64,000 nucleotides of DNA, from contig DF237281.1 of NCBI GenBank assembly GCA_000708835.1, positions 1 to 64,000 of the forward strand, read 5' to 3'. Below are positions 22,297 to 34,917 of this stretch, piece by piece. The notes beneath the pieces were generated by a model. It was not told the DNA's origin. It did no database searches and saw nothing but the letters and a program-made list of their open reading frames with translations. This stretch comes from Klebsormidium nitens (Eukaryota > Plantae > Klebsormidiophyceae). Every line of letters starts with the position of its first letter. The stretch's first letter is position 1. The translations under genes and the position numbers were made by a program.

Positions 22297-24690
22297 CTAG
22301 TCTCCTACATCGTCTGGCTTGACTTTCCCTTTAGAGGCCAAATGCACCATGTACGCCTGGAGGCAAAGAGGGAAATATTCAAGGTCAAATTGCAACCTCA
22401 ATAAATTGACGAGAAGACGCGATGGAAGCACTGTCACGTCTCTGGAAGAATGGGTGATCGACTCCGTTGAAAAGTCAGTCCTCGCGCATGTGGATCAAGC
22501 TCTGCATTCAAGCGCGCGCGTTGGGCGAGCGCTTTTCTTTCAATCCAGAAAGCGAAACGCTTTCGGATAAGGGCACCAATTTCATGAGCGAGCCCAGACG
22601 GCCTCCAATCGTACACGTTCTCCCTGGTCATGCTGAACGACGTTTCAGAAGCACACCTTAACAGGCCAAACAAAGAATGGAAGTGTCGTGACGAGCCCAC
22701 GAATCAGCAGCCCGCCGCCCTTGGGCTTCGTAAGCGGTCGGACCGAATGCAAACTAGAATAGAGAGGAGAATTAAAAAGCTTACTGCGTGGTGGGCGTAG
22801 CTGGGCTCGCCCTGCCGCTGATAGTGCTTGGCCATGATGGCCCACTCGACGGGGCCCCACTCTTCCTCATCGAACACCTTCCCGAGCGCCTCTTTGTAGA
22901 GCTGTGCAAAGACGAGACCGCTTGATGAAGATCGCAGAGGAGAGGAGTCGGACGGTTTGGTGGTCGAACGGCGACAAACGAAGGACGAAAGACTGTACGG
23001 CTTTCGTGTGCGGGTAACGGGTGGAAACAATTTTAAGGTCCAACGTCTCCACTGAGAAGATTTTAAGACTACGAGAGCCAGTTTAATTAGCTGGAGACGT
23101 ATACACGGCAATACTTCTTGGGGTCACCAACCTGAGTCGCGGCCAAGGCTAAGAACATGCGGAAACTTTAACTCAACCGTTTTTCCAAGGGCAATCAGAG
23201 CCATTGACCCCTAAGAACCGCCATGACAAAGTTTCACCGATGCAACTCATAAGCGTCTTCGAAGACGATGAACGACGAAGAGAGAAGAACGAAGGAGGGA
23301 CCTCCCGCATGCAGACTCTCTGAAAGGTCACCCGCCTAAGGCCTGATGATAAGCTACTTGCATGATTGTGACTTGTTTGGAAAGGCTTCGAGTCCCATCG
23401 CTCCTTCTGAAGGTATCGCTCTGAGGGAACCACAGACCATCTATTTGCAACGACAGAAAAGGTTGTGTCCTGCTTTGCCGGTAACTCGACTTCCACCGGA
23501 AGGAATGTCACATTGCGACGTGCATCGCAAGAAGCCTGCTTCTCAAACGCCCCTACAAGGTCAAAAGCTTCCCCAGATGGTGTCTTCTTTTGCGGCCAGA
23601 ACAGACTGGTCAATAGTTCGTTAAAGCCCCCAACCTAGGAGGACTTTGGAGTGACTGGTATGTGGGACTTGCCTACCAAACACCCTTCTTTAGGGGCTTG
23701 CCTTAAGAACCCAACCTGAGTTTGGGGCCCACTCTTTTGAATCTCCTCATCATTGATGTCAATCATGTACAATCCTATAGCTGGACGGAAAGCGGCGGAA
23801 AGTAAGCGCAAAAGTCAATAGTGAGCCCAGTAGAAGCGACCGTCATGCTCACCTGGCCGACGTTGAAAAGGAGCTCGGTTCCTGCAGGGTATGTACTATA
23901 GGAGATGCCCTGCCGAGGTACGTTCGCCCGTGTGCTGGAGAATTCAGCCAAGATAAGGTGTCAACATTGAGTCAGAGGAGAAGCTGGAAATGAACAAGCG
24001 CCTCGGCAGTTGTTTTCTTGCTCACAAGTACAAGCGGCCAGGACACGGGAAAGCCAGTTCGCAAGAGGCGCATTCGATTAGTTCGTTAGTGTTTGTGTCA
24101 GGGGGCTGGGGAGATGAGTCAGTTGAGAATCAGACGCTGAAGGATCTGGTACCGTATGACAATACTTTTCACACAAAATCTTCAAGTGCTCATTGCAATG
24201 ATCCAATAATACATTGGAAGAAGTTCCTAGGCAGCGCTTGGCTAGGCACTCAGTTGGCAAATGTATGGTCACCACGCGGGCTTGCTTGATGCTGAGACCC
24301 ACAAAGGGGGACCTGTGTAGCCACAACACCACCAAATCGATGGGAACTTTGAAGAACTTTTACGTAACCCGTACTCCTATGGAAACTTTGAAAGTATCAT
24401 GACCTTATACCTGACTTTTGCCCCAGAAGTAACTTGTACAGCAGCTGCTCGCACCACCTTCTGATGGACCTTTCAGACAATCCTTGACCAAAGTCTTTCT
24501 GGCGGATCCGGGAAAAAGAACAGCGCGGCGTTGGTTGCTGACCTGACGTTGCAGTACATGTAGCTTGCTGTGAAGCAGCCCAGCCCGAACCCCGTATAGC
24601 GCAAGATGTCCCAAAACTTCTGGATCTCGAAGATTGTCCGAGACATAATGTGGTCCGCTTTTTTCTTCCGTCTCTTTTCACTTGACACTC
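22297..24690 (-). CDS. Multi-exon conserved-looking protein, family not assigned; 5' exons uncertain
   Basis: Clean terminal exons: 22901-22785 (LYKEALGKVFDEEEWGPVEWAIMAKHYQRQGEPSYAHHA) and 22356-22297 (AYMVHLASKGKVKPDDVGD*), both GT-AG in phase 0. Candidate upstream exons are GSMALIALGKT (~23210-23178), VGDPKKYC (~23130) and SSEKRRKKKADHIMSRTIFEIQKFWDILRYTGFGLGCF (~24690-24550). Confidence 0.55.
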
Positions 24691-25429
24691 CTATACAGAG
24701 TTTATTAAAATGACGGACTTGCGGCAAGCTTCACTCTACATCGAGGTTTAGGAAGTTTCCCCCTCTGCACAGCTTGATGTTGACTCCTCCGCGCAACATC
24801 ACTCTAGTTAGCAATGCTCCTAAAGAAGCATCTGAACCGTCCTAGACGACCTCAAGCCTCTAGCTTTCGTTGTCAAGGGGTCTGCACCTTCTGAGGTACT
24901 CTTTGAGCAAGTGCAGACTTTCAGTGGCTTCAGCCTGCAATCATGTTGAAGGCGCCATCATGCTTTCTTGACTGCAGCATCAGACACCTGTAGAAAGTAC
25001 TGGGATCAAGGCTCAAGCCTCAAGGCTCAAGCTACGTGCTGGAGTTTCAAGTTCGCTGCAATTCCCAATTTTGAAGTTTGATTCATGAGCCTATATATTC
25101 ATGCTAGATATGATGGATAAGTGGCATTAGGCCAGCGGGCTTTATGACTCTGAGGAGCTTATCAGGCGAACTTTTGCCGGTCTCAAGCCGCAATTGCTCG
25201 GCCCGAAGAACCATAATAGGCTCTATATGAGGAAAAATAAGCACTCTCGTCATGCGCCATATGTGCTCCTGGATGTTCCCCGCAAGTTGAACTTGGAGAC
25301 TCGACTCAAGAACGACGTGAGAGAGACAACCAACGATCTGGAGGGGCAAAGGAGAGGGGACAAAGGAGACTCGAGAGTCGGGACTAACCCGTCAAGAGGC
25401 TGCCAGCTGGGGCGGCACAGCATTGGACC

Positions 25430-28400
25430 ATGTCTCGATCAGCCGTGCTGGGCACCAGGCAGCTCCTCCACCATCTCACTTCCAGCAACTTTGGCGATCA
25501 GCGCAGGCAACGCCACCGCATATCCGCCTCTTCCCCTGTCGCCCCTCGCGCTTCTCCTTCCCTCTCAAGCGCCACGCCTGGATTCTGCCCATGGAAGACG
25601 TGCGCCGGGTGCGGGGCGAAAGTGGGCAGGAGAATTAGAATGGGGCAGAGGGGATCGCGGCAGGTGGCGGGCAATGCGGCGCGGGTGCACGTAGAGGGTG
25701 CGCAGGAGAGCGTGTCGCAAAATCTTATGAGCGAGATGATTGAGTTCTTAAAGGTGGACTTGCCTAATCTGTTCAATGAGAAGGGCATCGACAAGAGCAA
25801 GTACGATGAGAAGGTGGCGTTCATTGACCCAATCACTAAGTACGACAACCTGAGCGGATACCTGCTCAACATCCAGGTGAGTGGAGGTTGTGGAGAGTTT
25901 GAAGATATGCGCCATGGTTCATTGTGTTGATTGGACGTCTCCGGCACAAAGTTGCAGGATGGAAGGATTCGTGAGAGCTTGACAACTTTTGGGGCACAGG
26001 TTCAGAGCTGCTCAGCTTCATTTTATCAACTCTCTGCCCCTCAATGTTGAGCCCCCACTTTCCAAGCTTCGTCCGTTTTGTTCCAGAGAAGCTTCTGTGG
26101 CTGGATTCTACCAGGCAGAGAAGATTGCTCGGACCACCAGTTTGGCACGCCCCTTTGGAAAACGACCTCACAAGTCCCGTTTTCTCTTCCAGATGCTGCG
26201 CTTCTTGTTCAGCCCCATCTTTGAGCTGCGGAACATCAAGCAGGTAAGCGGCTCGTCCTTATCAAGCGCAACTATGCTAAATCATGCAGAGGATTTCATG
26301 CTGGTTCACTTTTCTTTGTACAGTAGGAGCTAACAGTCTTTGCTTGCCACACAATGTTTCCTGGTTGCGTTTAGCCATTTCCGTCAAGTGACAACAACGG
26401 TCACACCGATGGAAAGATCAAGTCAGCTACTGTCACTTCGTGTTGAGATCATGGATCTGTCAAACCTGAACCTTTTAGATGCAGCTTCGTGACAATAGCT
26501 AGACAAACGTCAGCCTAAGAAGCCAACTTCGTGAGATTCTCATCCCTGCCCCTTGGCGTGTCGTCGCGCTCCACTGTTCACACATACCCCAAGCGTTGTA
26601 TGCCAAACACAACCGATCCTTTTTTGGGCATCTCCCAGTGGTCAACACTGCTACTAGGGACAGTTTTCTGGGTCCCACTTCGCAACTCTTTGCTCGTGAA
26701 CACCTTGCAAAGCACCTGTGCAGCTTGCCTGTTATCAGTCTCTCTTTCTCACCCCACGGCGGTCCCTCAGACAGGCCCTTCGGAGATCACGACGCGGTGG
26801 TGCATGCGGCTCTACTTCCGGCTCGTCCCCTGGGTGCCTGAGGTCGTCTTCACTGGTCGCTCCATCATGACCGTCAATCCAGCCACCGGCCGCTTCAACC
26901 GCCACGTCGTGAGTCAAGCAAACTTCGACCGTGTTCTTTTGTAGAGCGGTTTTGAGTCCACGTCCTTTCTACGCCCCGATGGCTGGGTCGACACTATCAT
27001 GTTTGAGAACGACCGGCGCCACCGAGAGACTCAAGTGACATGCCACGAGTGCGCAAAGTTGCGGTCACCTTGTCTACGCTTCAGGAGTGCCCACGTTTTG
27101 GGCGGCTCTATAGTTTGCAATATGAAGACAGAGGAGCTCACGAGGAAGTTTGCCGGAGTCTGCTCATTGACGGGCAGTTGATTATAACCGTCAATCCTGC
27201 AACCAGCCGCTTCAACCGTACACTGTCAGGAGGTCCCGCTGTCTGTCGGACTCGGGGCCCGAGGGCCCGAGATTGTGAGGAGAATTTCTGCTGGATTCTG
27301 AGAGACAGCTAGCAGTCGCTTGGTACATAACAAAGGGTCTGGCGCTGCTGGAGTTGCAATCTTTCGTTGTTACGTAGACAGCACATCAAGCCGGTGTCAT
27401 TGGGACTGGTTTCCTCTGGCAACGAGGAACCGACCGCAAAACAAGTTTCAGCTTACCTTGTAAGTAAGACCAAGACATGCGCCCAACTATCAAGTGCGAA
27501 TTTGATACAATTGCGCGATTTGCGAAATTCTGGTTCCGCTTCCCTGCTGATTGCGACCTTCCAACTTCTAGTTACGCTTCCCTGCTGATCCCGATCGATC
27601 GCTGTTTCCAAACAGGATATCTGGGACTCTATCCAGGACAACGACTATTTTTCCATGGAAGGCTTGCGAGACTTCCTGAAGCAGGTGGGCATTATCAATA
27701 CCTGTTTGATCGTTCCGCCGGCAACGCTCTAGTTTCGCCGCTCTGTTGGGACTTGATTGAAGCGTTCAATCGAAGCTCGAATCGTGCCAAGAAACTCCAT
27801 TCGCGTGCTCACATCTGGTCACCATGGAACGGATGAACAGATTTCTCGTCCAGGGTATGGGTTCGAATTCTGGTGAAAAGACGTTGTTGCTTCTTCGATC
27901 ATCTGTGGCGATATCTTTTGAGTTTTCAGGGCACGATTACTATCATAAACGCCCGCATCTCCTGTCAGTCGAGCAGCTCCTGAATCAGATCCTTGATAAC
28001 CCTTCAAGTTCGCGAGCCGATTTCGCGGCTCCTCAGGTTATTTGCCAAACCCGTTTGCCTCTGAGCGAAATTGCGCCCAAAAAAATACATTATTGGGTTG
28101 GTGTCCAGGTCTCAAACCTCGCCCAGACCCCTCGAGGCAAGCAGATTCCCTTCGACATACTGAAGAGAACCGCACACTACGAGGTGAGCCGGCCCCAAGC
28201 AATAGTCGCTATCTTCCGACCTCCCCGATTCACTCTTCTTTTCTTTGTTTTTTTTGCATGTTGTTTGAAAGAGCTTTGAGCTTTTCTATATCCTTATAAG
28301 TGGGGGATGTAAAAACAATATCCCGCGGGAACACGAGCGGGAGCTAGCCACTTGTTTACTATTCCCATCTGACTGTCTCCGCAGCCCTCTCGTGCCGACA

Positions 28401-30429
28401 CAGCTTTGAGACTATTGTTGTCGGGTTGCTTGCTGCGCACAGGGCGTGTTGTCGTTTCGATGTCAACTCGCTCTTGTTCTGCTGCTTCGGCCTTTTATGG
28501 CCTCACCTTCGAGATTGCTGCACACTTTTCTCGGAGACATTTGAGGTAGGCCAAGGGGAAGAATCACTCCGATAGCGTCACTGCAATCAAAACAATTTGA
28601 CAGGCCATCAAGTCTTTGTCGGGCTCAAGCGGGCCCTATTCATTTATCTCTATGCGGAAAGAAAGAAGAGCGCAACGCAACTTTTCTTGCCGGGAACCAA
28701 GCAACATGGTTGCTGACCGTTGAGTTGAGCATAGCGTATACAAGTCCTTGAGCAGAACGCGCGCCCGCTCCTTGCGCAGATCCGTCGCTACCCTAGTTTC
28801 CGCGTCCTTGAGGCCTCCTCGAGCCGCAGCATCGAAGACACGAGCAGCTTAGTGGAGCTCCGAAAGTGAGCCAACCCTGCCGGCTTTTTCTCGACTGAAA
28901 GAATTCCGACCTGTGGCCAATCTCTCAGCTTTCATAGACCTGCTGTTGCTGAAGAGCCGCTTGGTGAGGCGGCGGGGGTAATCTTGTGCAGCTTGTGCCT
29001 CTGCCGCACCTCGTATTCTTTTCTGCTGTATGGTTTCTCTACAGCGCATATAAGCGACGACTGTTGTCCTTTCTTGTCAGCGGTCAATAACGCGCTATAT
29101 CGTTTCAATTGCTGTCTTGCAATCTGTGATCGACAATCTATTCGCGAACTTTTATTGCCTTTTTTTGCCTGGGTCCCCGAAGCTAGGCCTGCAGACTGGA
29201 CAGGGTCCAGTGATTCCTTCAGCGGGTCGGAGACTCTGCACTCTGAATTGCCGCTTGAATTGCCGCTTTTTCTGACAACTGTACTATCAAAGCGGACCGT
29301 CGTTTTCTCGGACGCAGGCGTGTGGAATCGAGGTCGGATCAGGGCGCTCCATTGCTTCCGCTTCTTAGCTGGGTTCGTGGAGCGGAAGCCACGGCAGCGG
29401 TTCCAAGCATACCGGTGGAGGCGGTGTTCGCACCGGAAAGGTACCCTTCGTTTTACCGAAATATGAGTCGGCTGCCATAGCATGCGTGATCAGGGCCAGC
29501 AAATGGTTCCGAATGCATTAATTGCTCGCGATTGTTTCTTTTGCAACTATCAATATCATAGTTTCGTTATGATACTGTGGTTCGGGGCTTTGAGAAACAA
29601 GTGGTCAAGAGGGCGCCTGCCCCCATACTCGCCAAATTTGTTCCTTCACAGGTCTTCCAGAACTCATACGTTGTCGAAAAGATTGGCGATGAGTGCACCA
29701 GCCGCAGCATGCATTGTTCGCCCTTGACGTGAAAAACATCTGGGCCTAGTTTCATAGCAGAAATGATCGGATTGTCTACATCATTTCAACGTGAAAGGAG
29801 ACAAGAACTAGGGTTTATTGTGAACGCTCTCTGATTTTGGTTTCAACAGATGTAACCTGACAAGAAACCATAACCCATCCCGCTTCCCCACAGCATTTCG
29901 GACGCGTCCGTGGGCGCTGTGAGCGTCCGCGAGGTGGGCGCCTCGTGCGTCGCCGCCGTTCGATTCAGCGGCACGCCGTCCGAAGCGTTGGTGGCGAAAC
30001 TAGAGCGAGAGCTCCGGCAGGCGCTGCGGAAAGACGGCCTGGAAGCGGAAGAGGGTTACGCCGTTGCGCGGTACAGCTTTCCCGGAAGCCTGGGCTTCCT
30101 AACGGTGAGTTGATTCTCCGTAAAGAGTAGGGCCGATTGAAGTATATAGAATCTCGGTGAGGAGACGGCTGCGGCGGTTGTGCTGACTGTTGAGAGCGCT
30201 TTGACTATATTTGTGAACCCGACGCTAGTTTCCGTTTGGCATTCTACCTCCAACAAGAAGAACCCTGTTGAGAGAGCTCTATGGTGCTTGCAATGAAGTA
30301 ATCGGCATATCACAGGCGGCATCAGCGATCTGTCCATTAAGAGGCTGCTAACAGGGTCTGAATCCGGAGTGTGTTTTCTTGCAGAGGAACGAGGTACTGG
30401 TCTGGCTACATGATTACCAACTTGATTGA
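25430..30429 (+). CDS. HBP5: Chloroplast SOUL heme-binding protein with N-terminal SnoaL-like/DUF2358 domain (HBP5 type)
   Basis: After a transit-peptide-like start the exons read FLKVDLPNLFNEKGIDKSKYDEKVAFIDPITKYDNLSGYLLNIQ, MLRFLFSPIFEL, TGPSEITTRW...FTGRSIMTVNPATGRF, DIWDSIQDNDYFSMEGL, ILKRTAHYE-IRRYP, AAVRFSG...LRQALRKDGL...ARY and RNEVLVWLHDYQLD*. Stop at 30427-30429. Some central exons are unresolved. Confidence 0.88.
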
Positions 30430-30912
30430 CTTCGCCGGTCAACTGCATAGGTTCCGCAGTAGCCGCTCGTGCTTCTTGTATCGTCAGAGTGGGCTTCGTT
30501 TCTGGACTCAAACCGCTACCTTTCAGAAAGCGGTTTGAAAGCTACGTTCGTCCAGTCGCTACACTTCGACGCACTTTGTACTTCAGGAAGTTAACCGAGG
30601 AGCACTGTCTCCGGCGCCCATGTGCATATGGTCCATGCAGCTTATGTTGGATCAGATCGATCGATGTGCGCATGTGCACTTCATGTGACATGTCACTCAG
30701 CCTTGCACGCGTATATTATTAATTTTCAAAGAACTGGCGCAGAACTGGTGCAATCAGTATAACAATCAATTTCCGATTTGTGTGCATCATTGTGCACTAA
30801 ATTGATTATGTAAACGTCAACTTCGCCTCACTGAGTATACGAGAGTATATGCGATCATGCACCATGCAACCGTCCTTATGAATTTCTCATGTGCCAGCAG
30901 GCCGTCAGATAT

Positions 30913-31870
30913 GACTCGATTCGATTGAGAGATTATAGCTGAGTCCGTTCGGGGCCAGTGACCGTCGACAGGCAGCTATAGTGGACTGCTATCCTCTCCG
31001 AGTTACTCTCTTCAAAGTTGCTTTTCTCCTCTGCGTACTTGATTGTATGAATTCAGCTACAGCACCCTGGTCTGTACCGTTTTTGAAGCGCCTCAAATCC
31101 TTCCTGCCGTCTAAAGAAACAACGCACCTGGAAAGCTTGTCGTATATATCGTCATAATCCTCTACTGTCAATCGAACGCGAAATGTTTCTCGTCCTCCAC
31201 ACGAGTGGCATCGCAAACTTTACAAAATCTGCTTGCACGATCTAGACGGTCGTTCAAGTTGCCACCTCTCTGTCTCTACAGCTAAAGAATACCAAAAGAA
31301 TGGGAGCCTACCCGAAAGCTGGCCAAAATTAGCATTAACAACGGTGCAACTTGAAGTTGATCTAGATAACTTTCCCAATCGTAACTTCTCTTTTATTTTT
31401 GCGGAGAAAGTTTCATACTTCGAACCCCGTTGCTCTCGAAGATCAACCATGTACGCTAAGTGAGCACGCTCCGTTAATAGACGAACGGCCGACCGGCCAA
31501 CTTCTTGTACATCAACCAGTTGGACTAGGCGGCTCCAGGCTCCGACGGTTTCACAAACTTCGCATACCACCCCCCCTGGCCTTCCTCCCACATCGCTCTC
31601 CTTCCAAGCCAACCGGCCCGCTAACCGATCCGTCCCCAGACCTTCAACCGGGCCCTTCCGGCACACTTCGACACTCTCCGCCACCGCGCGCTGCACTCCC
31701 AATGGAAACCTTCCGAATTTCCCAATCCGATCGCCTTTGAGCACACCAACCTCCAATAGTACCACCGAAAGAAGCCTCTCAGAAACGCTCTGTGCACCGC
31801 CTCCATGCAGTCCCGGTCGCCGTTCCAACCCCACTCGACCCCCATATGTGCGCTGGCATGTACAATCTGT
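30913..31870 (-). mobile_element. 5'-truncated, decayed non-LTR retrotransposon (LINE, RTEX/L2-like ORF2 C-terminus)
   Basis: Across frameshifts the post-RT blocks appear in order: MGVEWG, EAVHRAFLR, GKFGRFPL, SLAVETERW, then the zinc knuckle RFCKVC...EDEKHFAFD* (last Cys codon now TGA at 31170-31168), then DLRRF..DQGAVAEFI. A degenerate (AATC)-like tail follows near 30913-30934. Confidence 0.75.
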
Positions 31871-32262
31871 AGGATCAAGCTAGGGCCGCAACGGAGTTAT
31901 TGATTGTGTATCGACATCCAGTGCACCGTCATCAAGCCGGCCACCTAGGTGATCCTTAGTACACTCTGTCTATGCACCGAGTATATGTACGGTCATGCAT
32001 GACCGTTGTGGCCGCCTGCTCATCCAATCAGAATTGCGCTCATGGGTAGCTGCAATATCGAGTCAGTCGGGCTTGCAGACGGTTGGCACATGGACTTGAA
32101 AGCACAAGCAATCATGGTACCAAGTCCCGACCTTCGATCGAAATGGTAACTTAGTCGATCATTCACTAGGTAAATCTAGTCGCAACAATCTGTTGCACAA
32201 CGTACCCGGCCGGCAGGACTGAGTTGTTGGAAACCGCGAAGTCTCGAACGATTGTTGGAGAA

Positions 32263-34286
32263 TCAGATTTGAGCATTGCCTACGTTGGAAGTCGGATGTT
32301 GGCTCTCCGCCACCACGTCTGTGTCCCGGATTACTTGCCTAGAGGGCAACACGACTGCGGCCAGCGGCTTATCTTCAAAACCCCCGCACTCATCAATGAT
32401 CATCCGGTTCACCCGCACGTCTAGCCACCCGTGGTGCCCGCTTATCAGCAGCACGCCCGCCTCCGCAAGTTCCTTCGGGTTCTGCAAAACGTTGTCCCTC
32501 CCGCTGAGCGCTTCAACTCGCTCAACTCTTACGTCCCGCGCTTTCAACAACTCGATCTGCTTCTCAATAGGTGCGGTCGTACTCGCTTCCAAGCCGGCAT
32601 GGACAGCAATGATCTTTGTGTATTCCCCCGTGCTGGGTCCGGGTTGCTCGTAGACCCAGAGGAGGTTTCGGAGGAACTCCTTGTGCATCTCGGGAACGGC
32701 TGCGATCAGGCCCTTGCGGTCGCCGTGCTCGACACCTGAGGAAAGATCGAGAAAGGATGGTCCTCATCACGTTGTGTGAAGAATGGAACTGATGCTGATT
32801 GACCACGTGATAGGAACAACCTCCAGAACTTCAAGTCCGATGCTTCAGAGCCACACATTCAGAATAACCGTAGTTGTACCTGTCGAGTCAGGCCTGATAG
32901 AGGGGGTAGTGAATGAGTCGACTTGAAGGTGTGTCCCACAGGCATCGCACCTCAAATCTCAGGGCGTGACGGAATGACATTGTACTGAACACAGCAAACA
33001 TGACAATTTGTAGTATCACAAAACCGGAAACTTCGACCAAGAGGAACAAAACTAGAGCAACGAGGCACACCTCCTTTCAGCGACTTCAATAGACCGACAA
33101 GTCAACTGGAGCTAGACGCAAATTGAATCAGCAAGACGCCTCACCGTAGCTCTTGAACGTTGGGGCCGAGTCATAAATGGAGCCCATGTAGGACATGCCC
33201 CGTTTGGCATTCGTTTTGTTCTTGGGCGTTCCAGCCCAGCGGCGCCCTTGCAGGTGAACCTCCTCAACGCCCTCCCCGTCCCACCAGCCCTCCTTCTCTA
33301 CCCGCTGCGGCTCTCTGGCAGCCAGCCCCTCCCAGGTGGACTTGTACGAGAAGCCCGCGGGAGGTGGGGGCAGGACACCCAGGAAAGCTGGGAAAACGAA
33401 GAGCAAGGAACTCGAATTAGCAGGCTAAAAAGTGCAAACTGATTATCACAGACAAGAGCAACACGTGTGGGGGAGGTGAAGTTTATTTGGCAGGGATAGA
33501 GGCATACCGATGGGTCTGATCCTAACTTTTTGTCAGAAAACTCTGCTCAAGACACTGAATGAGGCAGCACGTTGTTGGCCATCATCAAATTTTACACAAA
33601 TGCGCCCGCTTACATGATACTCCCAAAGGGCCCTTTTCCGCTGATTCAAGAATTCTGCAATGCCCAATGTCTATCTCCTTGAGGCGTCTTTCAAGGTGAA
33701 TTATCAAGGAAACCTAGTTGTAACTTGGGGGGGGGACTTAGGGCACTGATTCGTTTCTACATAGTCCTAATTCATCGCTTCGCTTCATCAAGTACTCACC
33801 AGCAAAGGAGAAGTCATGGTTGCCAGCCAGGAACACGTGCTTCTGCTTTGGGTACCGCTTATCCAGAAAGATGAGCCAGTCAAGGACGCCCCCGACCTGC
33901 GGCCCCCGGTCGTTGTAGTCACCAAGGAAGATCACAGTGGCGGTGTTAAATGCTGGCCCCAGCGACTTTTCCAAGTTGCTCCAAAGCTTGAGAAGCTTCG
34001 GGAGTTGCCCATGAATGTCCCCAACAGCTCTGCAGGGTGAAGGGTTGGGGTCAATTGAGGCTTACAAGATCTGAACCTGCAAACCCCGAGAGATCCTTCA
34101 ACCACTTGTCAAGCCAGCTGTAAGTGATACTGACGCATCTCTTCTTATGCCTTCCAGGCTGATGACAGGGCTCATGCGAGGCAATTGAAGTTGCTTGACA
34201 AAACTGAAAGGCAGCATTGGCAGAAGCCGAGGAAGAAGGGGCAGTAAGTATTGGAGAGCTCACATGGTCAGATCAGAGGCGGCCAT
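32263..34286 (-). CDS. RLPH: Rhizobiales/Rhodobacterales/Rhodospirillaceae-like PPP-family phosphatase (Tyr-specific RLPH type)
   Basis: A 23-nt first coding exon (ATG at 34286) splices to give MAASDLTIAVGDIHG. Further motifs are [20 protein letters not shown]...[27 protein letters not shown] and IIDECGG. Confidence 0.92.
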
Positions 34287-34866
34287 CCTCTAAGTTTCCT
34301 CCTGACCCTTTGCAGTAGCTGAAGCGAAGTGGAAACCTGAGGAAGGAAGACAGTTCCTCAGAGTCGAGTGGAGGGCTCCAAACATTCAAATTGAGACAGG
34401 CGGTTTGGAAGATTTGAATGCAGCAAATCTTTTGGATGAATGCAAGCTAGCCATCTTTTAAGTAGGCGGAGAGGGAGCGACGACGAGGCACAGGTGACTG
34501 GAACCACGTTCTGATAGTCAATGAGAAGAAGATGACAGATGCTGCTGCTTTTCAATGAAAGCGTCTGAACGTCTTCTGTGTCGAATGAGTTTTCTTTCAA
34601 GATAGGTTTAAGAGAAAGGGGGCTCCATCAAAATCAAAGGAAGTCTCACGTTTTGCTTGCTGCCCACACAGGACCACGCTCCCCACTGCTACAGCACTGT
34701 CGAGGCAAAGACACGCCTCTGCCCTCCTGCTGAAGGATCTCTTTGCTGAAAGTGAAACGAACATTCAAAGCGTCCTATGAGCCGGAGAGAAGGCGGCCTC
34801 CATTGCTCCAATGCTGCCAGCGTCGCATTGCAGAAGCTTCGTCGTTTGGCCCAAGGCCCCAAGGGC

Positions 34867-34917
34867 AAACCCTTAAATCCTTTGAGAAAGCCCTAAAAGT
34901 CCTCAACCCTAAACCCT
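34867..34917. promoter_or_regulatory. Cluster of telo-box/telomere-like motifs in the RLPH-TFIIIC divergent promoter
   Basis: aaacccttaaa, gccctaaaag and aaccctaaaccct occur within 50 bp. Confidence 0.45.

Noticed and set aside
27820-27885. tRNA T-loop-like GGTTCGAATTC
   Set aside because: The T-stem pairs poorly and no D-arm, anticodon arm or acceptor stem can be built.
28280-28300. U12-type splice donor-like ATATCCTT
   Set aside because: It lies inside a normal GT-AG intron and not at any exon boundary.
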